Below the pieces are notes generated by a model, which had not been told where the DNA came from, searched no databases, and saw only the letters and a list, made by a program, of their open reading frames with translations. Shown here in pieces: positions 27,574-37,780 of a stretch of DNA of 64,000 bases. The stretch spans positions 82,971-146,970 of the forward strand of contig CAVQFA010000003.1 of the NCBI GenBank assembly GCA_963711735.1. The letters run 5' to 3'. Origin of the DNA: Candidatus Gottesmanbacteria bacterium. Lineage in GTDB: Bacteria; Patescibacteriota; Microgenomatia; UBA10105; UBA927. How positions within the stretch are numbered: the stretch's first letter is position 1; every line of letters begins with the position of its first letter. Made by a program: the position numbers and the translations under genes.

Positions 27574-28869
27574 ATGATAAAATCTTTCTCCGGACATTCT
27601 CTCAAAATACAACTTGCAACTAATACTCTCTCTCAATTTACCGGAAAGATCTTTTCAGCAGGATCAACATTCATCATAAGCATACTTATTGCGCGTATGT
27701 ACGGACCATCCGGATACGGTGATTTTACAAAAATTACAGCCTTTGTTGCGCTTTTTTACCTACTCGCAGATTTCGGAGTAAATGCCGTTTACCTGAAGGA
27801 AGAAGCGTCCGCGTCCCATCCTGTCTCGTGGCTTGACCTCCTTGTCGTACGGGGTGTGCTGTCAGGTTTAGCTCTCTTCCTCGCACTTTCAATCTCCGTG
27901 TTTCTTCCCGGTTCAAATACACTCGGATATCCCGCGTACATTAAACTCGGTATCATCCTGTATTTACCGACGATTGTCCTACAGGGTTTTATCACATCCG
28001 CCAACGCGGTATTTCAAAAACACCTGCGGTATGATCTGGGTGCAATTGCCGTTGGAATAGGTTCTATCCTCAGCTGCATCCTGGTATATATGACAACACA
28101 AATTATTCTTCCGGAGCGTGCTCTTTTTATTATCATTCTGTCAATAATTGCCGGACTCACAATGTCTGCAATACTCTCTCTCAAGCTCGCGTCGGACAGA
28201 AATCCGCTTGGTGTACTCCATATCGGGATCTGGAAGCGGTTACTGATCGCTTCTCTTCCGATGGGTTTAACGCTTGCAACAAACACCATATATTTCCGTG
28301 CAGACAGTATTATTCTCACGCTGACCCGGAGCGTCACGGAGGTCGGCTTATACGGATTTGCCTATAAACTTTTTGAATTTCCCCTTGTTATCCCCACGTT
28401 TATCGCTAATTCCGTTTATCCCGTTTTTCTCAAACGGTTACATGAGGGGCACGATGGACATGAATCGTTTTGGCGTGCTGTGAAAAAAACACTTGTCGTG
28501 CTTTTTATCAGCTCTCTCCCCATCACAATTTTTGCGTGGTTTTGCGCACAATACATACCCCTCATTCGTCCGGAGTTTTCAGGAAGCATACAGGCTCTTC
28601 GGATTCTTTCTATCGGTATCCCTGTTTTTTTTGTCAGCGCGGGATTGCTTTGGGCACATATAGCTCTCGGAAACAGGTGGTTTATTTTTTGGACATATCT
28701 GGCAGGAATGGTCGGAAATGTCGGGATAAACGTGCTGTTGATCCCAACCTACGGATATTTAAGCGCGAGTGTTGTAACCGTTATCTCTGAAATTATGATT
28801 ATATGTATTACAGCTTCACATCTCCGTACGGTGTATGGGAGAGACACCAAAATATTACGGTCGTCATAA
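27574..28869 (+). CDS. Wzx-type flippase
   Basis: ADFG, YFRAD, VGLYGFAYK; about 12 TM. Confidence 0.85.
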   Translation: MIKSFSGHSLKIQLATNTLSQFTGKIFSAGSTFIISILIARMYGPSGYGDFTKITAFVALFYLLADFGVNAVYLKEEASASHPVSWLDLLVVRGVLSGLALFLALSISVFLPGSNTLGYPAYIKLGIILYLPTIVLQGFITSANAVFQKHLRYDLGAIAVGIGSILSCILVYMTTQIILPERALFIIILSIIAGLTMSAILSLKLASDRNPLGVLHIGIWKRLLIASLPMGLTLATNTIYFRADSIILTLTRSVTEVGLYGFAYKLFEFPLVIPTFIANSVYPVFLKRLHEGHDGHESFWRAVKKTLVVLFISSLPITIFAWFCAQYIPLIRPEFSGSIQALRILSIGIPVFFVSAGLLWAHIALGNRWFIFWTYLAGMVGNVGINVLLIPTYGYLSASVVTVISEIMIICITASHLRTVYGRDTKILRSS

Positions 28870-28901
28870 GAAACGTTTGATGCGTTATAATCACAATACA
28901 T

Positions 28902-29333
28902 ATGACAATTCAAATATATACAGACGGTGGAGCACGCGGAAATCCCGGGCCTGCAGCGATTGGTGTTGTTGTTTTACATGATAATAAACCCGTAGCGGAA
29001 TGGGGGAAAGGGATTGGTGCTGCTTCAAATAATGTTGCAGAGTATTGGGCAGTTTCAGATGCATTGGAATACGTACATACATACGTGAAAGGTATTTCAA
29101 AAAAAGTAAAAAAAACAATTGAACATATTCATTTTTATCTTGATTCAACTCTGGTAGTAAATCAGTTAAACGGAACATTTAAAGTAAAGGATGCGAATCT
29201 CAGGGAATTTCTTATGAAAATCAGAATTCTTGAAAGGGAAGTGGGAATACCTATTTCATATACATATATTCCGAGAGAAAAAAATACACGTGCGGATTTT
29301 ATGGTTAATCGTGCACTTGATAATCTTCAATAA
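28902..29333 (+). CDS. rnhA: Ribonuclease HI family
   Basis: YTDGGARGNPG, NNVAEY, DS.LVV, REKN..AD. Confidence 0.93.
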   Translation: MTIQIYTDGGARGNPGPAAIGVVVLHDNKPVAEWGKGIGAASNNVAEYWAVSDALEYVHTYVKGISKKVKKTIEHIHFYLDSTLVVNQLNGTFKVKDANLREFLMKIRILEREVGIPISYTYIPREKNTRADFMVNRALDNLQ

Positions 29334-29601
29334 ATTATTTATCTCCGGTTGTTGTGTTTTCTAAATAATCTGACAGCTGTTCTTCCTGAGTGTATATCAA
29401 AAAACTCTTCATATGATTTTTGGGTTATATGCAATAATTTACGTCGTTCGCTGTAAACTCTATATGTAAATTTATAAACTCATCCCTCTCATGTCTCATG
29501 TATGGTAAGAGGGCGGAATTTCAGTGGTATAAAAATGTTGTTTTCGGGTTCATTGTCTGGGATAATGATATGGTATATTTCCGCGTTGTATTAGTTATTG
29601 T

Positions 29602-32160
29602 ATGAATACCCACACATCCCAGGCAGAATCAGAAAAGGAACAAGTACTTATCTATACGTCTGATGTCGAAATGGTTGTTGCCTTACGGGAATATTTTGAA
29701 TCGAAATCATATGAAATATTCGTTAATTCCCACACCGTGAAATTCCCTGTATATACATTCATATGCGGTAATTATATTTTCGTGAAATCTATTCTTGAAA
29801 AGAATAACTTCGGTGATTCAAAACTCTGTATATGCATATATGATGCTTATCATGAATACAAAGATAAACTTCCGGAAAAAAAGTATAAAGTGGTTTTTGT
29901 CGACCCTAAACCACTCTCAAAAACATCGGTGCAAAAGATATTGAAATTTTTTTTCACGGCACACGAGCACTGTATAAACATTCAAACTACCGTTATTGTT
30001 AACCTGCAGGCTCTCAAACCCGAAAACGAGCCAAAAACACCCTTATATGTAAGTAACGGAGCGGATGAGGAACAGCCTTCTCCACGTCATAAACCGATCA
30101 TTCTTCAAAAGCGTTCGGCATCTGACGAAAAAAAGGATTCTGAAAGAATTCTCCACACAATGAGAGAAATTTTTTCATCCGACATAAAACAGGAAACAAA
30201 ACATAACGTGAGGAAAAGTAAATATAGTAAAAAGATGCGTTCATTTATCATACTGATCGTTGCCGTTATTTTTCTACCGGCATTATGGTACACCATCGCA
30301 CTCACCATATCTTTGTTTTCTTTGGCTGTATCATTTCGACAGATTGTATACAGCAACTATAAAAGTTCGGCACCGTTTATTGCAATATCAAAATCCGCAA
30401 CACTCAACGCAAAAATATTTTTATCAACCGCAGCTGCACTTCATGTCCCTTTACCTCATTCCGTTGTCGAAACACAATACCGGTTTATCAGCATGCTCGA
30501 GGATGCGCAGGGGTTGGCAGACCACGGAACTACACTTATTTCGTACGCGAAAGAATTAACCGGCGGAATATTTACGGTCTATGGGCAGAATAATCCGGAT
30601 ACGGTATCTTTAGCATCAAAACTTTCCGATATCCGCATTGAACTGGATGAAACACAAAATAAAACAGGACTCCTCCTTGCGCAGTCACGTATATTAAAAG
30701 GACAAATATCTCCGCTCGACTCAATTCCTTTTATCAGAGAAAAAATAAATACAGGGATCACCCTCCTCGATGGGTTAAACAGTGATATAACATTTGTCAG
30801 AAATCTTATTACCTTGTATACGTACGCGTCAGGATTTGATCAGAAACGCACATATCTGCTTCTTTTTCAGAACAGCGCTGAACTGCGACCGACCGGAGGA
30901 TTTATCGGTAGTCTTGCCAAAAGCACACTTTCAGATGGTGCCATCGAAGAACTCGACGTTCAGGACGTCTACGTACCGGACGGACAACTGAAAGGGCACC
31001 TGGATCCGCCTTTACCCATAAGAGAGATAATGAAACAGGAGCATTGGTATCTGCGTGATTCCAATTGGGATCCTGATTTTAGAAACAGCGGCAGTCAGGC
31101 GACTTGGTTTTACGAAAAGGAAACGGGTGTACGGAGTGATGGAGCTGTGGCTATCTCATCACCATTTATTATAAACATTCTCAATCACACGGGTCCGATA
31201 CGCCTTGACGAATATAACGATACAATAACCGCTGATAATTTTTACGGGAAAACATTGTATTATGCCGAAGACGGATTTTTCCCGGGATCGACTCAAAAAA
31301 AAGATTTTCTGGGTATACTCCTCAAACAAATCATTACCCGCATTACAACCAGGGGTGGTATTTCACCGCTTACACTTCTTACGTCACTCCGTTCAAGTTT
31401 AGAGGCAAGGGATATACTGTTCTACTTTTCTGATCCAAAACTCCAGAATCTTGTTACACAGATGGGGTGGGCGGGTGTTCGGATACCCCAAAATGAATGC
31501 CCCGCGGGTATGAGCGGTATTTGTGTAACAGACAGTTTGGATGTGATCGAGGCAAACGTCGGGGTAAATAAAGTAAATCCTTTTATCCAAAGGACCAGAA
31601 CCCATACGGTAACCATTGAACCGAACGGAAGCATTTCGCATTCACTCACGCTGAATATTACCAATGATGCACCTTTAGATCAGAATCCTTCTGTCAATAC
31701 GTATACTGCATACGTGAGGTTCTATTTCCCTTCCGGATCAACACTCTCCGGTATTACGTTTAACGGTACTGATATTCCGCTACATCAAACGGTAAACACA
31801 AATCCGCTCGTATTCCCGTATTATGATATGCTTCCGGAGAACGGTGCTGTCGGTAGTGTAGGGATCGCTCTTTCTATGCCGCCGGGTCAATCGGTCATCA
31901 ACCTATCGTACAGGAAAGAACATGTGTTTGATGCTTCAGGTAATACTCCCATCATCTACAGGCTTGTAGAACCGAAACAACCGGGTATCACCAAATCCGA
32001 AACGCAAACAACAATTCTGTACCCGTCCCGGTGGCGGTCTTTCCCTGTTGTCACAGCCGATAATCAGACGTTTGTTGCAAAGGGGGAATCCCTCGAGTAC
32101 AATAGCTCGTTACAGAAAGATGAAAATATTATTATAACATTCATACAAGGAGGCATATGA
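29602..32160 (+). CDS. DUF4012 domain membrane-anchored protein
   Basis: YLLLFQNSAELRPTGGFIGS, LRDSNWDPDF, NVGVNK. Confidence 0.85.
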   Translation: MNTHTSQAESEKEQVLIYTSDVEMVVALREYFESKSYEIFVNSHTVKFPVYTFICGNYIFVKSILEKNNFGDSKLCICIYDAYHEYKDKLPEKKYKVVFVDPKPLSKTSVQKILKFFFTAHEHCINIQTTVIVNLQALKPENEPKTPLYVSNGADEEQPSPRHKPIILQKRSASDEKKDSERILHTMREIFSSDIKQETKHNVRKSKYSKKMRSFIILIVAVIFLPALWYTIALTISLFSLAVSFRQIVYSNYKSSAPFIAISKSATLNAKIFLSTAAALHVPLPHSVVETQYRFISMLEDAQGLADHGTTLISYAKELTGGIFTVYGQNNPDTVSLASKLSDIRIELDETQNKTGLLLAQSRILKGQISPLDSIPFIREKINTGITLLDGLNSDITFVRNLITLYTYASGFDQKRTYLLLFQNSAELRPTGGFIGSLAKSTLSDGAIEELDVQDVYVPDGQLKGHLDPPLPIREIMKQEHWYLRDSNWDPDFRNSGSQATWFYEKETGVRSDGAVAISSPFIINILNHTGPIRLDEYNDTITADNFYGKTLYYAEDGFFPGSTQKKDFLGILLKQIITRITTRGGISPLTLLTSLRSSLEARDILFYFSDPKLQNLVTQMGWAGVRIPQNECPAGMSGICVTDSLDVIEANVGVNKVNPFIQRTRTHTVTIEPNGSISHSLTLNITNDAPLDQNPSVNTYTAYVRFYFPSGSTLSGITFNGTDIPLHQTVNTNPLVFPYYDMLPENGAVGSVGIALSMPPGQSVINLSYRKEHVFDASGNTPIIYRLVEPKQPGITKSETQTTILYPSRWRSFPVVTADNQTFVAKGESLEYNSSLQKDENIIITFIQGGI

Positions 32161-32849
32161 AAAAACACACTCTCACAGGCACAAAACGGACAGAGGTCGG
32201 CAGAAAGGTGAAAAAAATCCGTAAAAGCGGACTTATACCGGCAACAATCTACGGTAAAAGTATTAAAAGCGCTTCCATATCGGTTCAACACGATACGTTT
32301 GCAAAACTGTATGAAGAAACGGGTGAAACCGGACTTATAGAGCTGACGGTGGGGGATACGATGCATCCGGTATTGGTACATTCACTCCAGGTGAACCCGG
32401 TGACAAGAGAAATGCTACATATAGAATTTCACCGTGTAGATTTGAAAGAAAAGGTAAAAGCAAATATTGCTATTATATCCAAAGGTGAGGCAAAGGCGGT
32501 TGCCGAAAAAGCAGGCGTGTTTCTGCAGGTTCTTCAGGAAGTCGAGGTGGAAGCTCTTCCGACCCAACTGCCTGAACACATTGAGGTAGATGTTACACCT
32601 CTCGAAAAAATCAACGACCAGATTACGGTTGCAGATATCCATGTTCCCGCGGGCGTCACAATACTCACGGATAAATCTATAAGTGTTTTCAGGATCGCTT
32701 CGATAATCGTTGAGAAAATAGAGGAAGTGAAACCTGCAGAAGCAGTACCTGGTGAGGAAGGAGAGGTGCCTACGGCAGAGGAGGGTGAGAAAAAACCTGA
32801 AGATACAGAGGCGAAAACGCCGGGTACGGATGCAGAAAAAAGTAAATAG
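32157..32849 (+). CDS. rplY: 50S ribosomal protein L25/Ctc
   Basis: IPATIYG, HIEF, acidic tail. Confidence 0.95.
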   Translation: MKKHTLTGTKRTEVGRKVKKIRKSGLIPATIYGKSIKSASISVQHDTFAKLYEETGETGLIELTVGDTMHPVLVHSLQVNPVTREMLHIEFHRVDLKEKVKANIAIISKGEAKAVAEKAGVFLQVLQEVEVEALPTQLPEHIEVDVTPLEKINDQITVADIHVPAGVTILTDKSISVFRIASIIVEKIEEVKPAEAVPGEEGEVPTAEEGEKKPEDTEAKTPGTDAEKSK

Positions 32850-33407
32850 TTATTTACTTAAATACGGTTTCAGAAGTGTCAGGTACGGGTGTGCCGGAGA
32901 AAGTGTTAAACATCGTGCGTATGCACTCTTCGCTTCATCCATGTAACCCAATGACAACGCGCTTCCTGCTGTTATGAGACATGCGTCTATATACTCCGGA
33001 TTATCCTTGACTACTGCACTCCAGTAACTGTACGTTTTTTCTAAATAGATTTCGTTATGCTCCCATTGTTCCAGTGTTGCTTTGTTTGTGTCTGATGCCC
33101 CAAGGACTACCGGCACATTCCTCATTCCTCCTAAACTCATTGATAATTCTTCTTCAGCACGTACGGGCAAATTTCTATCCCAATACCAGCGAGCAAGATT
33201 AGTATGTGCGTCTTTTGCGTTTCCGGATTGAAGTGCCGGAAGAAGAGTCATGACATACGGTTCTTTTGTATGCATCTGTACCGTTATATTGGCCCAAACA
33301 AGCATAACGACACCGATTACCACAAGGAGTGACAGTACGCTTCCGAAAATGTCTGCGGAGAAAAATCGGGTATTATGCGGGAATATAAATCGTTTTGTGT
33401 GCTTCAT
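32850..33407 (-). CDS. Hypothetical membrane-anchored TPR-like protein
   Basis: TM then helical NPEYIDA...LTLSP. Confidence 0.6.
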   Translation of the reverse strand: MKHTKRFIFPHNTRFFSADIFGSVLSLLVVIGVVMLVWANITVQMHTKEPYVMTLLPALQSGNAKDAHTNLARWYWDRNLPVRAEEELSMSLGGMRNVPVVLGASDTNKATLEQWEHNEIYLEKTYSYWSAVVKDNPEYIDACLITAGSALSLGYMDEAKSAYARCLTLSPAHPYLTLLKPYLSK

Positions 33408-33547
33408 GATACCTATGATATATCATACTTATTCCAAATTTGCATCCACCGGCTGGTGGGAAAAAACGAATTAAAATGGTATATACGGAAGAATTGTTGC
33501 ATATCCGGATTTTTCCGGTATTATTGTATAAAAGATACAAAACCGCT

Positions 33548-34276
33548 ATGGAGAATAAAAGTGGTCGTGCTATGACAAATAAACAGAGAGTAATTGCTAT
33601 TCTTCACATACTTGACAGTGTCTATCCGAATGCAAAAATTGTCCTACATTACCAAAACCCCTGGGAACTTCTGGTTTCCGTCATGTTGTCTGCACAATGC
33701 ACCGATGTAACGGTAAACAAAGTCACCGGAAATCTTTTCCGGAAATACCCGAGTCTTGATGCATATGTCAACGCAAATCCTGACGAATTTATGACTGATA
33801 TCAAATCCACGGGATTTTTCCGGGTGAAAGCAAAACATATTCTCGCTGCGGCTCAAAAAATAAAAGGGGAATTTCATGGGCAAGTACCTAAAACGATGGG
33901 TGAATTAATGACACTTCCTGGTGTTGCCAGAAAAACAGCAAATGTGGTTCTGGGAAATGCATATGGTATTGTTGTGGGAATTGCGGTTGATACACATGTA
34001 CTTCGTATTAGCCAAAGACTCCGTCTTGTGGGACCCGATGGTATAGGCGGAAAGAAAAACATGACATTTGTACGCGCAAGTCAAACAGTTCATGATTATT
34101 ATAAAGATGCCGATCCGGTGAAAATAGAACGGGAACTCATGATCACAATACCGCAGACACACTGGTTTACGCTTACGTACCGTATTATTGACCACGGACG
34201 ATCCGTCTGTAAGGCACAAAATCCCAAATGCGCAGAATGCCCGTTACGACAGCTTTGTCCAAGCTCCCGGTTATAA
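33548..34276 (+). CDS. nth: Endonuclease III
   Basis: LSAQCTD, LPGVARKTAN, VDTHV, C-x6-C-x2-C-x5-C. Confidence 0.95.
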   Translation: MENKSGRAMTNKQRVIAILHILDSVYPNAKIVLHYQNPWELLVSVMLSAQCTDVTVNKVTGNLFRKYPSLDAYVNANPDEFMTDIKSTGFFRVKAKHILAAAQKIKGEFHGQVPKTMGELMTLPGVARKTANVVLGNAYGIVVGIAVDTHVLRISQRLRLVGPDGIGGKKNMTFVRASQTVHDYYKDADPVKIERELMITIPQTHWFTLTYRIIDHGRSVCKAQNPKCAECPLRQLCPSSRL

Positions 34277-34306
34277 TATTGTTTTTTTAATATCGTAACC
34301 CGTAAA

Positions 34307-34343
34307 CCTGCCCGCATTGCATACGCAATGCGTTGCAGGCGGG
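34307..34343. repeat. REP-like imperfect palindrome
   Basis: CCTGCCCGCATTGCATACGCAATGCGTTGCAGGCGGG, intergenic. Confidence 0.55.
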
Positions 34344-34414
34344 TCGTAATTCAAATTGTATCTTGCGCTTCCGTTTCCTCCATGTTATATTCATCAAACT
34401 GCTCCTAAGTGCCT

Positions 34415-35113
34415 ATGCCAGCAAAGAAAAAAATAAGTACAATAAAACGCACAAGGCGGACAGAGCCGGTAATAGAATCATCTACAACTCCCTTTTTGGA
34501 TTCTCCTGAGGCTTTCAAATCCCCTTTGTATGAACAACCAAAAAAGTCCCGCATGGTTGTAGGTGTTATAGTAGTTCTTCTGGCATTTATTGTGATAACC
34601 ATTGTCCGTAAGGGATATGTTGTCGCAGCAATTGTAGGTGGTAAGCCTATTTATACTTTTCAGGTAGTCAGCCTTCTTATGCGGCAGTTTGGCAAACAGA
34701 CCCTCGAAGGTCTTATAACGGAAACAATTATTTCTCAAGAAGCCCGCAAAAGCGGAGTTTCCGTGACATCCCGGGACGTGAAGGCAAAAGAAGATCAAAT
34801 GCTCGCATCACTCGGAAGCAACGTGTCTCTGGATGAACTGCTCCAGTATCAGGGGATTACCAAAGAAGATCTCGATCGGCAGGTACATATACAGCTTCTT
34901 GTAGAAAAACTAGTCGGACGGGATGTTAAAATAACGGATACAGATATTTCAAATGTCATCGCTACCCAAAGTGCGCTCTTTGAAGCAACGGATGAAGCAA
35001 CGCTCCGGGAAAACGTGCGGGCTTACTTATTTGAGCAGTATATTTCAAAAAATGCTCGGTTGTGGTTTTCTGATCTTCAAAGCAAAGTAAAAGTGATGAA
35101 ATTCCTTCAATAA
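34415..35113 (+). CDS. SurA N-terminal/PrsA-like chaperone domain protein
   Basis: TM then AAIVGGKPI, LITETIISQEA. Confidence 0.75.
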   Translation: MPAKKKISTIKRTRRTEPVIESSTTPFLDSPEAFKSPLYEQPKKSRMVVGVIVVLLAFIVITIVRKGYVVAAIVGGKPIYTFQVVSLLMRQFGKQTLEGLITETIISQEARKSGVSVTSRDVKAKEDQMLASLGSNVSLDELLQYQGITKEDLDRQVHIQLLVEKLVGRDVKITDTDISNVIATQSALFEATDEATLRENVRAYLFEQYISKNARLWFSDLQSKVKVMKFLQ

Positions 35114-35177
35114 ATCCCTCTTGATGCGCCGGATCTATCATTCTTTGCTTTCCCGGATGTATAATACGGAATAGCTC

Positions 35178-36260
35178 ATGAAAACGTGGCAGAAGCTTAA
35201 AAAGGATCCGTCACTTTGGTCCCGGTATTTTATCCGTGAACAGGTCATTACCGGTATCCGGAGGTTTTTTCTTGACCGCAGATTCCACGAGGTGGAAACG
35301 CCGTATCTCACGGGGTCTCTCCCTCCTGAATCCTACCTCGACATATTTGAAACGACACTCTACAACAGAAAAAGACAGGGGAGAAGTGCATACCTTCCGA
35401 CATCTCCGGAACCATTCTTAAAGAAACTCCTTGCAGCAGGAATCGGCAACTGTTTTGCCATCCCTAAAAGTTTCAGAAATACTGAGGATATGAGCCTCAC
35501 GCATAATCCGGAATTTACCATTCTTGAGTGGTACAGGGTACATGCCGACTATATGGATATTATGCGGGATTGCGAAGAGCTCTTTATGTTTATCAATACC
35601 TATCTCATACGCTCCAAAGAAGTTGATACCAGATCCTCCTCACCGTTTAAACTTACCTATCAGGGTCATACGATAGATATCTCTCCTCCGTGGGACAGAA
35701 TAACCGTATCTGAGGCGTTTATAAAATATGCGGGTATCGATCTTGCCAGGGCATTAGATAAAAATAGTCTTGCAGTGCATGCACGGAAACTGGGTTTTGC
35801 CGTCAGCGGGAAAGACTCATGGGAGGAGCTTTTTCACCAGATATTTCTCAACATGATAGAACCCAAACTAGGACACGGAAAGCCGACAGTTATCTATGAA
35901 TATCCTGCGTCCCTGGCAGCACTTGCGAAACTCAAAAAAGGGGATGAACGGTTTGCAGAACGGTTTGAGTTTTATATCGAAGGACTGGAGCTCGGAGACG
36001 CGTATTCGGAGCTCACCAACTGGAAAGAACAACTGGAGCGGTTTGAGTATGAACAGTCTGAACGGAAACGTCTGGGAAAAGTGATGCATCCTATAGATAT
36101 GGATTTCATCGACGCGCTCAAAGCCGGTATGCCTCCTTCAGGAGGTATTGCAGTCGGTGTTGATCGTTTGATCATGCTGTTTGCAGATGTCCGCGATATA
36201 GCAGATACCATGTATTTTCCCGGAGCTGACCTTTTTGACCCAATCAAGCCGAATAAATAA
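35178..36260 (+). CDS. epmA: EF-P lysine aminoacylase (LysRS-like)
   Basis: EVETP, TSPE, HNPEFTILEWY, ERFE, GIAVGVDRL; no anticodon domain; adjacent to efp. Confidence 0.9.
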   Translation: MKTWQKLKKDPSLWSRYFIREQVITGIRRFFLDRRFHEVETPYLTGSLPPESYLDIFETTLYNRKRQGRSAYLPTSPEPFLKKLLAAGIGNCFAIPKSFRNTEDMSLTHNPEFTILEWYRVHADYMDIMRDCEELFMFINTYLIRSKEVDTRSSSPFKLTYQGHTIDISPPWDRITVSEAFIKYAGIDLARALDKNSLAVHARKLGFAVSGKDSWEELFHQIFLNMIEPKLGHGKPTVIYEYPASLAALAKLKKGDERFAERFEFYIEGLELGDAYSELTNWKEQLERFEYEQSERKRLGKVMHPIDMDFIDALKAGMPPSGGIAVGVDRLIMLFADVRDIADTMYFPGADLFDPIKPNK

Positions 36261-36393
36261 TAATATAAGTTGTTTATCTCTTTGGTATCATTCCTTTTGT
36301 TACATTATGGAGGTTATTGATCGGAGCGTGGATTGTGTGAGATAATATCCGTTGTCCCCTGAGTATCAAGGGGATTTTATTATTACAGTACAT

Positions 36394-36957
36394 ATGTCAA
36401 CCATCTCAACCAGCGATTTCAAAAAGGGAATTTTCATAGAATTTAAAGATGAACCGCATCAGATTACGGAGTTTCAGCATGTCAATCCCGGTAAAGGCAG
36501 CGCGTTTGTACGCACAAAACTTAAATCACTCAAAAGCGGCAGGGTACAGGAGTTCACATATAAATCCGGTGAGTCTGTAACGGAAGTGCCGATTGAAACC
36601 CATGAGATGCAATACCTCTATCCGGACGGGGATGCGTATATTTTTATGGATAACAGAAGCTTTGAACAATATACGGTTCCCGGTGCCATGATAGGGGATT
36701 TCTCCCAATATCTTAAGGCAAATGATACGTATCAGGTCCTTGTCTACGGGGACGATGCCGTTGGAGTGCGTCTTCCCAAAAAAGTCCGCCTGACGGTTAC
36801 GGAAGCAGACGAAGGGGCAAAAGGTAACACCGCAACGGGTGCGACTAAAACCGTCCGCGTGGAAACGGGTGCTGTTGTAACTGTTCCGCTGTTTATTAAA
36901 CAGGGTGATGTTATAGCCATTGACCCGGAAACGAACTCCTATCTGGAACGGGCATAA
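36394..36957 (+). CDS. efp: Elongation factor P
   Basis: HVNPGKGSAFVR, KGNTA, VPLFI. Confidence 0.97.
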   Translation: MSTISTSDFKKGIFIEFKDEPHQITEFQHVNPGKGSAFVRTKLKSLKSGRVQEFTYKSGESVTEVPIETHEMQYLYPDGDAYIFMDNRSFEQYTVPGAMIGDFSQYLKANDTYQVLVYGDDAVGVRLPKKVRLTVTEADEGAKGNTATGATKTVRVETGAVVTVPLFIKQGDVIAIDPETNSYLERA

Positions 36958-37017
36958 GTAAGACACCATCCGTCCTGTCACGTATTTCCCCCGTTCTGTT
37001 TCAGATATAATACTCTC

Positions 37018-37773
37018 ATGACGAAAAAAGTCGCGCGTCTCCGTCTCGGACCAATACCGTATATCGAAAAAGGGGCCGGTCCGACACTTCTTTTTTTACA
37101 TGGTGCTATTGCCATGCCTGATGCGTATACGGACCTTTTGGAGCTTCTGTCACAGACATACCGTGTGATAGCACCGACGCATCCGGGACACGGTGACGCT
37201 CTTCCGATTACCAATGATTGGAAACTTCATATGTTTGCGGACATATACACGGAGTTTTTGTCTGTCACTTCCACTGTGCCGTCTTTTATCGTCGGGCATT
37301 CATTCGGTGGTGTTCTCTCACTTCTGTTGGCACATGAATTTCCGGACGCCGGAATTGTCGTTATGGACCCATGCGGACTGCCGCTTCCTCTCACTGTCAA
37401 AGAGTACGTATCTTTCATGGTTGCTGAGGCAGCAGAGCTTGTGAAAAAACGCCCGGATCTTGATGCAATAAAGGAAATCGTCCCACCCACTGAGACACTG
37501 ATATATACAATTATTCATCATCCGGAAGATATTGTGTGGTTTCCGGAACATATTCCGGTGATGGATGTTTCAGAAAATCTTAAAAACATCACCAATCACG
37601 TTACGATTATATGGGGTGAGCACGATAAAATTGTCCCGCCTTCCATAGGAGAAAAAATGGCGGAACTTCTTTCCAACGGGCGCATACATATCTATCCGGA
37701 CAAAGGGCATCTCTATCCTGTTACCGAGGCTAAGTGGACTGCCGGGGAAATTTTGAAGGTTATTGCACCGTAA
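37018..37773 (+). CDS. Alpha/beta hydrolase
   Basis: FLHG, PGHG, GHSFGG, WGEHD, GH. Confidence 0.88.
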   Translation: MTKKVARLRLGPIPYIEKGAGPTLLFLHGAIAMPDAYTDLLELLSQTYRVIAPTHPGHGDALPITNDWKLHMFADIYTEFLSVTSTVPSFIVGHSFGGVLSLLLAHEFPDAGIVVMDPCGLPLPLTVKEYVSFMVAEAAELVKKRPDLDAIKEIVPPTETLIYTIIHHPEDIVWFPEHIPVMDVSENLKNITNHVTIIWGEHDKIVPPSIGEKMAELLSNGRIHIYPDKGHLYPVTEAKWTAGEILKVIAP

Positions 37774-37780
37774 ATACATT

